Of a stretch of 64,000 nt of DNA, positions 36,857 to 49,400 are shown one piece after another (positions within the stretch are counted from its first letter, which is position 1; each line of letters begins with the position of its first letter). The stretch lies in contig BFEA01000034.1 of the NCBI GenBank assembly GCA_003427395.1, positions 1,574,997 to 1,638,996 of the forward strand, in the 5' to 3' direction. Source of the DNA: Chara braunii. Taxonomy: Eukaryota > Plantae > Charophyceae. The position numbers were made by a program, and so were the translations under genes. Below the pieces are notes generated by a model, which saw only the letters and a program-made list of their open reading frames with translations, did not search any database and was not told where the DNA came from.

Positions 36857-39709
36857 TCAAAGGTATCTCTCCAGATTGGGGTACACCTCGTAGAGGAGAT
36901 CTCTCTAGGGACCGCCAGCCACTCTAACGAACTTAGCTAGAGCCGTGAGAAAGACCTCCGGGGGATAACCCCGGAGGCGGGACTCCATAACTGTCGCAGT
37001 GATTTCAGTCAGGGATGCTTCCTCAGATGTTGCAAGCCTACTGTATCTGAGAAAGCTGGCGAAAAGCGTGGATCTCTTAGTTGCTTTCTTTGAAAATGAT
37101 GCGAAATCCTGCATCGAGTGCACTCGCAAGACCCCATCAGTAATCAGTGATGACTGGTTCCTTGATCGTGGAAAAATATGGAACTCCAGAGGGTGAAGCG
37201 AGACTACCACACGTGTCCCTAGGAAATCAAAGATGTTGTTGCCCTCATCCTTTCTTACTAGTTTTAAATTCCGATCGTAACAGTCTTCGAATCTCTCCAG
37301 AACCTCCATTGCCTTGGTGTGTGACGCGTCGTTACTCAAATCCCAGGCCACAAAGACAGATACATCATCTACCATCCGGACTCCACTTACTAGTGCGCGA
37401 TCCCTGCCCAGACTGCTCAGAAAGTCATTCTCCGCTCGAGCGCACACCAGGCAAGCTAGTGCAGGGCTCGAGCTTCTCCCCATTGGAATTCCAAATTGTC
37501 GTCTTAGAATTGTTCTTGCGGACCGGATATAGGTGTGTTCAAGCTCGTACTTGACACCTCTTTCGATCTGTCCAAACGTCATAAGTACAAAACCTTCTTG
37601 TTTCTTTCTGACCCTAGCCATGACACATATCTTCCCCCTCCTGCTCACTTGCACTCCCAGTAGTCCTTTCACAATGTGGAACTCGGCGAGCCATCTTACT
37701 GCGTTCAACACGACCTTGTGGGACAGCTTCGCAAACATGTCTTTAATGTCGTAGCTCCTTGCCAACAGGTCACCCCCCTTCTTACCCAAGTCACCACATA
37801 TCTCTTTTAGCCTCCCCCGTAGCCCGTCGGTGGATTTCAGATCGAAATGATACTGTCTCCGGAAACCAATCAGCATATATCTAATCGCTCTTCAAACCCT
37901 CACTCCTGCTAGTCTAGCTGGATCGTGCACAGCCGGGGAGATGGGACGACATCTCTCCAAATCCTTGTCTTTCGGTAAGACATAGGCCTGGCCGATCTTG
38001 CCTCTCGTCCCTCACATTGCCGTTGATTCCAGCCCCATCCGCCTATAGTCTGTCTTCATCCTCGCCAGGAGCAGTGCCTCGGTTTCATTTACCTTGACAA
38101 AGCTATGATTCCAGTTGAATGTTATTTTGCACGCATGAAGGTATAGGACCGGACAGATCAACAGAGTCGCGCCCGGGTTGCGATCGATCGGTACTCTAAC
38201 CAGTCTTTCCAGGGTCTCAACCCAAACGGATGCGTCGCGGCTCGTCATGGCCTGGTGGCTTCTCATAACATCTCCCGTCAAACACTGGAGCAGATCCGTA
38301 CGTGCGATCCTTATAGGTGTCCTCCCGATCGATGGTTTCAGAGCAGCCAAGATGCAATGTTGCAGCTTCTCGACAGATAACTCGTGACCAGCGGTGACGT
38401 TCTTCGAATTCTTCAGAAAGGTAGGAAAGCATGATACCTCATCCAATCTTGCTTTGACGTGCCCTCCGACCCGCGGCAAATCATACAATACGCATGTACA
38501 GTGACACTGGCTAGCTTCGGCACATGTCCACTGATTATGAAGAAGCGAACTAACAGTAGCCCTTTTTTTGAAGATAACCCGCACACGCTGTGCGACGAAG
38601 ACTGCCAAGTGGTGATCAGCAAACGAGCTACGCAGTGATGCTGCTGCCAAATCACGGACCCGCCTGCTGTTGATGTTCAGAGCGAAGGGTGGTTTAACAT
38701 ACGGCTTCCTTCTAATTTCCACACCATACTTCCTCCGGATGATCCTGGCAATTACGTTCTTCAAATTGTTCCGGGTCTTGAGTTGGTTGAACAACCCAGC
38801 CGTCATGTAGAGTGCAAGTAACTCCTGCGACCTCCTCTTGTATATGATCTTAGTCCTCCATGGGAATCTCAACAGATCACGTAGAACAAAACGCCTATGC
38901 TCGACACTTGAGGTAAGCACTTTGACTCATTTAACCGTAAAACTCCCGCCCTTCTCCAAAACCTCCCTTGCTTGTGAGATCTTCACCTCCGATCCGTTTA
39001 CCTCGATCGCGCTCTCACCTAGCTTTATCCTTACGTTCCTCCATTTATCCAACCAAACCTTCCCGCCGCTCGACTCCAGGTGCTGCCCAATCCTCAACTC
39101 CTTCAAGACATCAATCAATGATACCCGACCATTGAATAGGATCACCTTCTCCTGGTGTTGAAACGTACTCCTCTTCCCTCGTTCCCTCTTGCCCTTCCTT
39201 TTCTTCTTTCGCTTCTTTTCAGCTCTCCCGTGTACGTTGAGTGTCGGGTTGTACCTCTGAATCAAAGCCTTCTCCAGGCCCCGCGGATCAGTCGAGCGTA
39301 CTGCAATAGGAAGCGCCAAATATTTCTCCCATCCGAATGTCATCAACCATGCGTGAAGCTTTGGTGCATTGCTTAAGTTTCCTTCCGTGGCCCGTTTGAC
39401 ATGCTCTCCCCAACGTAGAGCTATCCTTCGAGTCGTGCTCCCTTTATACGTGTGCCTACACCACGGGCTTACAAGTGCATACACACCGGGTTGAAAGATC
39501 GACAACTGGCCATCCTCTGCTTCTACCCACCTAACCCACTTCTTTGCCCAAGGAAAACAACCACGTATCACTGCTAACAAGAACCTTCTCAAAATTTCAT
39601 CCTCGCATGCGACGTCCAAGTCCTGATGAAGCCTCTCATACTCCTTTCCTCTCTCCCTCATCATTCTCTTGAGCTGCCGCTCACACTCCATCGTGCGCTG
39701 CTCACTCAT
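36857..39709 (-). pseudogene. PLE ORF2: GIY-YIG endonuclease - linker - reverse transcriptase, disrupted
   Basis: GIY-YIG motif PGVYALVSPWCRHTYKGSTTR...RWGEH...LEKALIQRYNPTLN (38927-39709). RT motifs YDIKDMF, QFGIPMGRSSSPALA, RMVDDV, FDFLG (36905-37876). The true stop at 36857 is inferred from the pLTR copy. Confidence 0.9.
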
Positions 39710-40589
39710 CTCCTAGAGGCGAGATTCGTGCAACATCGCTCTCGTATCCTAACCTCATCCTACACTTCACCAGCTCGCCAATCGCAGTCTCTCTCTTCGT
39801 CCATTCGATCCCCTCCGAATTGCACAATGTCCTGAGTTCAGGAACCTTCTTTGTTGAAAACTTCCGGTGCAGCTCCAACGCATAGTCTAGTATATAACCC
39901 GCTCCTCAGTTTTTTTGTGGGGTACTCACCTCATCAGCAGGCTCATCCACTAGAATCGATGCAGGCTTTGTTCCTTTCCCCACTGCTTTGGTCGTTTCCA
40001 AGTTTCCTTTGTCCTTCTTTTTCTTACCTTTTCTCTTCTCAATTGCGCCAATCCGCCTTGCTGCCTCCTGCTTGACTTCTTCGCTCTCATCCTCGGACTC
40101 CTCCAAATAGCTAGTGATTTCTTTCAATACACGAGCTTTAGTAATAGGAGACTTCTTTACAGGAATTGAAAACCCACTGGACTTCTTCGTATGTTGCGAG
40201 AGAAGTCGAATCAGTCTTGCCTCTAAACGAGCTTCTCTCGCATCTGCCTCCCTTAGTCGGTTTACCTCCTTTCTGTCCTCCTCCTCCTTCTTCCTCCTTT
40301 CCTCAAGTTCTTTCTCCCTCTTTTCATCCTCCATTTTTTGCCTCCGCATCTTTCTCCTGAAATACTCCTTCATTTCTACCGTTTCTTCATCATTCTGAGT
40401 TTGCGAGGGAGCAACTGCTGTAGTATATGGAAGATTCGGCCTCCCGTTCCCTGCGCTTCAACAGTTCCTAGCATAGTGCCCCGCTTTTCCACAGATATAA
40501 CACGAAACGGTACCCGTCGGTGTCGCTGGCTGTCCCAAAATCCCATACCCTTGCTGAGACAGTCCATTAAAAGGTACTTGATTCGCCAT
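39702..40589 (-). pseudogene. PLE ORF1-like: CCHC zinc knuckle, coiled coil and SAP-like C-terminus, disrupted
   Basis: Manual translation from ATG 40589: MANQVPFNG...VSCYICGKAGHYARNC*...EMKEYFRRKMRRQKMEDEKREKELEERR...; after frameshifts KKVPELRTLCNSEGIEWTKRETAIGELVKCR...LGDE*. Confidence 0.7.
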
Positions 40590-40845
40590 CTCTTCCTCTT
40601 CTCCTCCTCCTCCTCCTATTTCTCACTATACAACCTACGTTGTACACCCTTCCCAGAATATCCTCAAACAGAGAATACATTTCTTCTTTTCCCAAAGCGT
40701 CGGGTAACTCTAGTGCTACAAGCACGGTAGGGGTAAGTTGATACTGAATTAACTTCTGTAGCTCCAGCCACTGTCTTTCTAATTTGAGATCTCTAAAATT
40801 ATTACCCGACATCCCCAACTCATTCAAGTTCTAATAGCTAAGAAT

Positions 40846-40883
40846 CTGTCTCTTATACACATCTAGATGTGTATAAGAGACAG
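40846..40883. other. Nextera mate-pair junction adapter (assembly artefact)
   Basis: Exact CTGTCTCTTATACACATCT+AGATGTGTATAAGAGACAG, flanked by an identical 138-bp duplication (40708-40845 = 40884-41021). Confidence 0.97.
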
Positions 40884-42010
40884 CTCTAGTGCTACAAGCA
40901 CGGTAGGGGTAAGTTGATACTGAATTAACTTCTGTAGCTCCAGCCACTGTCTTTCTAATTTGAGATCTCTAAAATTATTACCCGACATCCCCAACTCATT
41001 CAAGTTCTAATAGCTAAGAATACACGAGCTTCGAAAACCCAAACCCGACCGTGCATGTTCTTTACTGTTTGGAGCAATGCACTTCCACATACCAGAATCG
41101 TCAGTACCGTGCCAACCACACGAAAAACTGCGCGCCTTGGTATCTTCCAAAGTGTCATTCGAAATGGAGGAGAATGGATTCAAATAAGAAGTAGGAGGGG
41201 AGGGGAGGAAAGGGAAGGGGAGGGGGAGGAAGAAGCAGGATAAGGAAGGAAGGAGGAGAAAAAAAAGGGGGGAGAAGAAGAAGAAGAACCACGGGAGGAG
41301 TGACGAAAAAAGAGTGCAAAAGGAGTGCGACAACCCGCATAAAACCCGATCGTATCTCACCACGTCCTTGCTAAGCCAACACAGTAGCCGTGAGTGCTCC
41401 CACAGAACGAAAACACGCTATCTCGAAGTTCACACTGTCTTCGCGAAGCAAAAAACACTAGCCGTAGGCGCAAAATGGTCACATTACGCCGATAAGGCCC
41501 TGTTGTGCTGCGAGTAGTGCATGATGTCGTGATGGCAATCACTCACATCCACAAACGTCGAGTGAAGCGCCAAGTTACAACTGCCGAATCTCAAGACTTG
41601 AAGACGATCACGCTCCTTGTCACTGATCCCCCAGTTGCATACGTGCTCATGGTCCGCCGAATCTGGAAACTGCCGCTCATCAGTCTCACCACGGAAAACC
41701 TCGAACACATCATCTCTCAGAATGCGAAAACAGCGCCATACGTAGCCACCGCCCCCATGTCTAAACACACCGGTTACCACGCTAAACGAGATGTAAGAAG
41801 AACAGATAAGATCCAGGAACACATGGACACACCCGAACGAGATAAGAATGAGATACGAAACCACCACAAAGGAAGGAAGGATCTCGACCAAAGAGGAAGG
41901 ACAAAAAGACGATGCAAAGACACCATAGGCGCATATCAGATCCGCAAAAAAAAGTCGTACTTCATAAAAAAGTTCCGAAAGATATCTAGATAAGCACAGT
42001 AACCACGCAT

Positions 42011-42060
42011 CACCCCGACGCGTTTCGTCGCCTGCGTGAGGGCAAACTCCTCAGGGGGCT
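42011..42060 (-). ncRNA. Minimal type I hammerhead ribozyme
   Basis: The - strand reads GCCCC CTGAGGA GTTTGCC-ctcacgca-GGCGAC GAAAC GCG TC GGGGT: complete core, stems I and II, and a palindromic ACGCGT stem III. Confidence 0.85.
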
Positions 42061-42925
42061 TTCGTACACAAGTACTGTGGATAGTACTACTCCCTGGTCC
42101 TTAAATACGATCGTGCGTGAGTCTTCAAAGCTCGTTTTCTGCTACTACCTAAGTATACGTGTGAGTTACGAACCTTTCTACCAAGCTGCCAGCATTTTGC
42201 GAACCACAACCGTATTTGAACCGAGTAATTCCTAACTAAGGTAAAAAACCATCTAACTGCCTATACGAAAAGACAGTAATCAGAATAAACTAACAAAAGA
42301 CATCCCTGATTAACCGACTGCGAAGCAATAAAACCGAAGGTCTTCAGTCATTCCAAAATAGCAACATTCACAAATCAAAAACGTTTCCTTCCCTCAGTGG
42401 AGGTTTTTTCGCATGTGTCAGTCCGAGTTGCCTACTTTAATCGATCTAAAGTCTCCCCGTCGTCCTGAGTAGTTCGAATGCAACTGAAAAATCAGCGCCT
42501 AACCAGTTTTACTAAACCTCGACCAGATTCCTTTTTTCCTTCCCCAAAACCATTCCTCTTGCTGTGTATCTACCTAATAATGTACAAAAAGTGATCCCCA
42601 AAGGGTAAGAAAAAAACGATATGAAGTCTCCCCGTCGTCCTTAGTATTCCGAATGCAAACAGAAAAAACCAGCGCCTTACCAGTTCACTAAACCTCGACC
42701 AGATTCCTTGTCATTCCTTCCAAAAACCGTCCCTTGTGCTGTGTATCTACCTAGTAATTTACAAAAAGTGATCCCAAAGGGTACGACAAAAACGATTCCT
42801 AGTGGAGAGGCGGTTACTAGTGTATATGCAAAGTCCAGAAAGTGCCTGCAGAAAATAAAATAAAATAAATTAAAGTGACTTAAAAGTTTTTTCTCCTAAC
42901 TATTTCAAAAATTATACGAGACTAT

Positions 42926-43718
42926 TCAAAGGTATCTCTCCAGGCCGGGGTACACCTCGGAAAGGAGATCTCTCCAGGGACCGCCAGCCACTCTAGCGAA
43001 CTTAGCTAGAGCCGTGAGAGAGACCTCCGGGGAATAACCCCGGAGGAGGAACTCCAGAACTGTCGCAGTGATTGCAGTCAGGGTTGTTTCCTCAGATGTT
43101 GCAAGCCTACTGTATCTGAGGAAGCTGGCGAAAAGCATGGATCTCTTAGTTGCTTTCTTTGAAAATGATGCGAAATCCTGCATCGAGTGCACTCGCAAGA
43201 CCCCATCAGTAATCAGTGATGACTGATTCCTTGATCGTGAAAAAATATGGAACTCCAGAGGGTGAAGCGAGACTACCACACGTGTCCCTAGGAAATCAAA
43301 GATGTTGCTGCCCTTATCCTTTCTTACTAGTTTTAAATTCCGATCATAACAGTCTTCGAATCTCTCCAGAACCTCCATTGCCTTGGTGTGTGACGCGTCG
43401 TTACTCAAATCGCAGGCCACAAAGACAGATACATCATCTACCATTCGGACTCCACTTACTAGTGCACGATCCCTGCCCGGACTGCTCATAAAGTCATTCT
43501 CCGCTCGAGCGCACGCCAAGCAAGCTAGTGCAGGGCTCGAGCTTCTCCCCATTGGAATTCCAAATTGTTGTCTCAGGATTGCTCCTGCGGACCGGATATA
43601 GGTGTGTTCAAGCTCGTGCTTGACAACTCTTTCGATCTGTCCAAACGTCATAAGTACAAAACCTTCTTGTTTCTTTCTGACCCTAGCCATGACACATATC
43701 TTCCCCCTCTGCTCACTT
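42926..43718 (-). pseudogene. RT C-terminal part duplicated in the pseudo-LTR
   Basis: 254-aa ORF nearly identical to 36857-37650 (QFGIPMG, RMVDD, FDFLG). Confidence 0.92.
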
Positions 43719-44479
43719 CTCCCATTCAGTGGGATGCTTTAAACCAACATGACTCAAGGGGGCCTTAGGCGCCCTCAGCCGCAAATGCATATGGACCCCT
43801 GCAGCACACCAATTCAGCCTCGACGTTAACGCGTAAAAACGTGGTGGGTGCTGGTGGTTTAAGGTTGACATCATATATACACCATGCTTTTCCTTCTTGT
43901 GCTCATTTTTTTGGATCCCCATTGTGGCACATATCATGTACTGCGTGTTGACATACCATCGTGGGGGTAACACCCTAGAAACTCCTCCGTCGAACCTGTG
44001 TTATCTTGGCCCATACCTCAGCCCCTGTACTTCACTCGTTTTTGTTGATTGCATAATCACCAATACTTTTTTTGTTACGCAGGGCAAGCTGTACTGAACC
44101 TTCGTATAGATTAGCTTATAAACCACTTGTTCTCGGAAGAATGACGTGCGTTATGTGGCATTGGAATTACATCGCTAATCCTGGTTATAACAGGAACTTT
44201 TGACTGTAAACCAATTAAGCTATGAGTCCTTTCAACGGGCAACGGACGGGATTCAACTACGTTGTACCCGTTGAATAGCCCCCGGGGGTCCCGTTGAATC
44301 TCATTGAATAGTAAAACAGGGGTTTCCCGTTGAATCTGGAAAAATGAATTGGGCGCATTGGGTCTCGGACACGTGGCGCTACCACAACAAGGTTGTACCA
44401 GTCCCTCCTCACAAAGACGAGGGGTGGGCAAGCATTGCCGATGTGGGAAATTGGCGGTGCTTGTGTCGAGCAATGACCA

Positions 44480-46422
44480 GTCAATACCAAAACACGAAAA
44501 ATACTTTGGGATATGATTTCGCAAAAAATACTAAGTAAAACACTGAAATCCCGAAGTGTGTTTACGGTACCGAAACACTGCAAACACTTCGGGAAATGAC
44601 TCCACAAAAAACAAATTGAAAGCCCGAAGTGTGTTTTCGATACCGAAACACCGAAAACAATTGGGGATATGACTCCGCAAAAACTATTAAGTAAAACACC
44701 GAAGTCCCGAAGTGCATTTTCGGTACCGAAACTCCGAAAGCACTTCGAGATATGACTTCGCAAAAAAGACTAAAACTGAAATCCCAAAGTACATTTTCGG
44801 TACCGAAACACCGAAAGCACGTTGGGATATAACTCTGCAAAAAATACTAAGTAAAACACTAAAATCCCGAAGTGCGTTTTCGGTACCGAAACACCGAAAG
44901 CACTTCGGGATATGACTTCGCAAATGCCTAAGAAAAACATTGAAATCCCGAAGTATATTTCCGTACCGAAACACCGAAAGCACTTTGGGATACGATGTAT
45001 TAAACATCGAAATCCCGAAGTGCATTTTTGATACCGAAACACCGAAAGCACTTTAGGATATAACTTCGCAAAAAAGACTAACACCGAAATCCTGAAGTAC
45101 GTTTTCGGTACCGAAACAACGAAAACACTTCGGGATATGACTCCGCAAAAAATACTACGTAAAACACCGAAATCCCGAAGTGCGTTTTCGGTACCGAAAC
45201 ACTGAAAGCACTTTGGGATATGACTTCGCAAATGCCTAAGAAAAACACCGAAATCCAGAAGTATATTTTTTGTATTGTAACACCAAAAGTACTTCGGGAT
45301 ATGATGTATCAAACATCGAAATCCCGAAGTGCATTTTAAGTACCGAAACACCGAAAGCACTTCGAGATGTGACTTCGCAAAAAGTACTAACACCGAAATC
45401 CGGAAGTATGTTTTCGGTACCAAAACATCGAAAGCACTTTAGGAGATGACTCCGCAAAAAATACAAAGTAAAACACCGAAGTCCCGAAGTGTGTTTTTGA
45501 TACCGAAACACCGAAAGCACTTTGGGATATGACTTTGCAAAATGCCTAAGTAAAACACCGAAATCCCGAAGTACATTTTCAGTACCGAAACACGGAAAGC
45601 ACGTCGGGATATGCTGTATTACACACCGAAATCCCGAAGTGTGTTTTCGGTACCGAAACACCGAAAGCACTTCGGCATACAACTTCGCAAAAAAGACTAA
45701 CACCGCAATCTCGAACTACATTTTCGGTACCGAAACATCGAAAACACTTCGGGATATGGCTCCGCAAAAAATACCAAGTAAAACACCGAACTTCCAAAGT
45801 GCGTTTTTGGTAACGAAACACTGAACGCACTTCGGGATATGACTTCGCAAATGCCCAAGTAAAACATCGAAATCCCAAAGTATATTTTCGGTACCGAAAT
45901 ACCGAAAGCAGTTCGGGATATGATATATTAAACATCGAAATCCCGAAGTGTATTTTCAGTACCGAAACACCGAAAGCACTTGAGGACATGACTTCACAAA
46001 AAAAACTAACACTGAAATACCGAAGTACGTTTTCGGTACCGAAACACTGAAAGCACTTCGGGATATGACTCCGCAAAAGATACTAAGTAAAACACCGAAA
46101 TCCCGAAGTGCGTTTTCGGTAACGAAACACTGAAAACACTTCGGGATATGACTCCGCAAAAAATACTAAGTAAAACACCGAAATCCCGAAGTGTGTTTTC
46201 GGTACCGAAACACCGAAAGAACTTCGGGATATGACTTGGCAAATGCCTAAGTAAAACACCGAAATCCCATAGTACATTTTCGGTACCGAAACACCGAAAG
46301 CACTTCGGGATATGATGAATTAAACATCGAAATCCCGAAGTGCATTTTTGGTACCAAAACACCGAAAGCACTTCGAGACATGACTTCACAAAAAAGACTA
46401 ACACTGAAATCCCGAAGTACGT
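44480..46422 (-). repeat. Palindromic satellite array (same core as 24379-25710, opposite orientation, different spacers)
   Basis: CACCGAAATCCCGAAGTGCGTTTTCGGTACCGAAACACCGAAAGCACTTCGGGATAT repeated with about four recurring spacer types. Confidence 0.92.
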
Positions 46423-49400
46423 TGTCGAGCGCATCAGTCCGGCACCGCACCAGGGCAGCGAGGGACCCTCCCGGCCGCGTCACGCCGGAGTTGGTTATAA
46501 ATCCTTCGTCGCGAATATACATGGATCTTCCGCAGGCCGCTCCGACCGAGTGCGCCAGCCATACCTCTCGCGAGCCCCTACGACAGGACAGGGCCTACGC
46601 GAGGCACGACTTACCTCCACCTTACGGGAGTTGTCACCTTCCTTCGGTGGGCGTATCCCTGCCGAGCTACCAGTCCACGGTACAAAAGCTGATCAGTTGC
46701 AATCGCAGAGGTGGACCAGCTGAGGGCGTTTCTCGTTCGCTGTAGCATAGGGGGTACGCGCGGTAATACGCCTCTATCGGACCGGCACGTGAACCGACAT
46801 CTTGGGGGGTTGAGGTCCCAAGCGCGACTCGTCATCGGTCGACTAGGACACATCCCACACACCACGCGCACACCACTCTACAAGCACAAAGTAAAATACA
46901 CACACACACACGAAACGACACAACACAAACAGTGCGACAACGCTCCTAGTCCCTCGGTAGTCATCCCATAACTTTCAGATGTGGAAAGCGGATAGGCGTC
47001 ACGCGCGAGACTTAGTATTAACCGCGCGGATACAAGGCTAACTCATATCGCCTCGCAATGCAAGTATAAGCAATCACAATGATGACGTACTATGTNACGC
47101 GCGAGACTTAGTATTAACCGCGCGGATACAAGGCTAACTCATATCGCCTCGCAATGCAAGTATAAGCAATCACAATGATGACGTACTATGTAGTGTCCAT
47201 AATCAAGCGGTCCCTCGTGGATCCGAGTACCGCTTATGACACTCAAGTGTCAGACTCGAAGTGTCGTGATGGTCTAATCCCTCACGATATCGCACGGCTG
47301 AAGGAATAGTCGTGCAGCCGCCACGAGACCTCCGGACTTTGGTCTGAGCGTCTCGGTGGGTAAGGCAAATAGGCTCTGCACGGGGGCAGATTCCTTCCCT
47401 TCAGAGTCTAGGGCTTAGGATGTCCTGGATAAGGACCTTGAATCCCGGCCCAGGACTACCGTCCGACTATAAAATTCTCTAAAACACAAAGGGTAAAAAA
47501 AGATCTCTCTTTTCTCTCAAACCATAATCTGGTTAACCCTTGCGCGCGGTCACAACGGGGCACGCGAAACGCTCGAGCCACATATATATACACATATATA
47601 TAGAGGACTATTAATATAGGATGATCACTTCTCACAGTCACAGTGAGACTCCTCTCAGCCATATATGTATGTAATCGCAGACAGTCACATCCAGAGTGCG
47701 AACCACAACCATACCTGCAATCATATCAAAGATCCAACAAAAGCCCACGCACTACACGGGGTCAACTTCAACCATTCTCTATGCTCATACCGCTTGCTTT
47801 AGCTATACAAGCCTCACTCTTGTGCAACTCCCCAAATCAAATACTCAGTACCTCTGTTAAATGGTCATTCAATAAAATCCGAGTAAAAACATAATAAAAC
47901 AATTCAAACCATAGGGATAAAGCCTTTAGGTTGAGTGGCAAGAGCGGATTGGAGTTGAATCGTAAGCCGACGAGTCGGCAACCGACCTGTTATCAGTGAT
48001 AACAGCAGATGATCCTCGTAGGATCAGGCTGAATCTAGTCCAAATCTTGAATCAAACAGTCAAGAGGACCTGTAACACAAGACAGGTCAATTCGCAAGCT
48101 AGATCTATAAGTCAATGGAGAATAATCCCCATATCACGATCTCACTCAAGTCATCTTAATTAACTAAGCCTAAATTTACCTTTAAGTAGTGCCCAAAGCA
48201 AAGGTAGACCCTGGCATAATCTTCCCTATACAAGGTGGATTGTCAGAATCGTCACCTGTCAAAATATAATTTATCTCCTTTAACTAAGAAAATTTCGGCA
48301 GCACTTCCCGTATGAAAAGTGTCTTTCCATAATTTATATCAGCCCGAATATGAAAACAAAACTAGTCTTTGACTTTTCAAAGTCCAATTTTGTCTAACTC
48401 CCTGAATTAGCAAAAATTTTGGCAGCACTCCATTTAGAAAATGAGACTTTCCAGATTTTTACTAAGCCATATATGAACTTTAGGCAAGTTGAACCTTGAA
48501 AAGTCAAAAATTGACTAAACCCCTGGATTTGTAGAAATTTCAGCAGCGCTTCCCGTAGAGAAAATAGCTTACCAAAATTTATACAAAGCCAAGTATAACA
48601 AAAAATCTCAGAAAATGCGAGAATTGATCTAAGTAAAAAAACTTAGCTCAGAAAATGCAAGAATTGAATCTAACTCCTATCGCTCTAGCATATAGCGAGC
48701 CTCTGAAGCAACAACCTGTCAACCTGAAACTCAAACCAAGTAGTAGCCTCACTCAGTCACATGCAGGCCAAACCACAAAGGTAAGTACTCTCACCATCCC
48801 AAGTCAACCTGAACAAACAATAGTTCATGATCTTTCAATGATTTAACCCTTTATGCCCAACTTACATAAGGCATAAGGTCAGGACACCCAAACTTATGGA
48901 ATGAACCTTACCTTAGTCAGGCCTAAAGTCAGATCACCTAAACTTATAGAGCACATCTGACTTAGCCAAATATAAACAAAACAGAGGGCACAACTACTTC
49001 TCTCTTCCTTGGGCATATAACTAGACCACTCTAGTTGCCCTGAACTGTTTAAATATCAAGTTGTATATATCTCTCTGAACTTAATCTTCAAAGTGGACGT
49101 AGGGCTGAGCCGCTCAACTTAGAACACCGCGCAGCCTCCCCAGACTTACATTCAGTTATATCTCTTAATTATACTCTCTTCAGTTGTGATAAGCTATAGT
49201 CAGGCTACCTAAACTTATAGAGCGGCCTGACTAGCCTGTTCTTAATAACACAATAATATAATATAACCAAATTATAACCTTTGGTTCCAGCATGTGCGAG
49301 GCATTGGATTGGGTCAGACTACCTAAACTTATAGAACGGTCTGATCCATTGCCGGGTTCGTTCCTCTCTGATCCAGTCTCTGCGCGGCAGTAGGCTAGGC

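Larger units (their letters stand above)
35711..43718 (-). mobile_element. Penelope-like element with GIY-YIG upstream of RT (Chlamys/Naiad-type permutation) and a pseudo-LTR
   Basis: 41788-43718 directly repeats 35711-37650 (partial tandem, pLTR). GIY-YIG and PLE-type RT are on the - strand, hammerheads lie in both repeats, and the 3' end abuts (GA)n. Confidence 0.9.

Noticed and set aside
40846-40883. Tn5/IS50 transposon ends
   Set aside because: Exact synthetic Nextera mate-pair junction adapter.
44257-46434. Long repetitive ORFs (FRYRK/SVPKTHFG)
   Set aside because: Translations of the satellite in several frames, with no coding evidence.
47001-47190. ~95-bp tandem duplication inside the solo LTR
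   Set aside because: Identical copies joined at a single N and absent from copy B, so likely a contig-overlap artefact.
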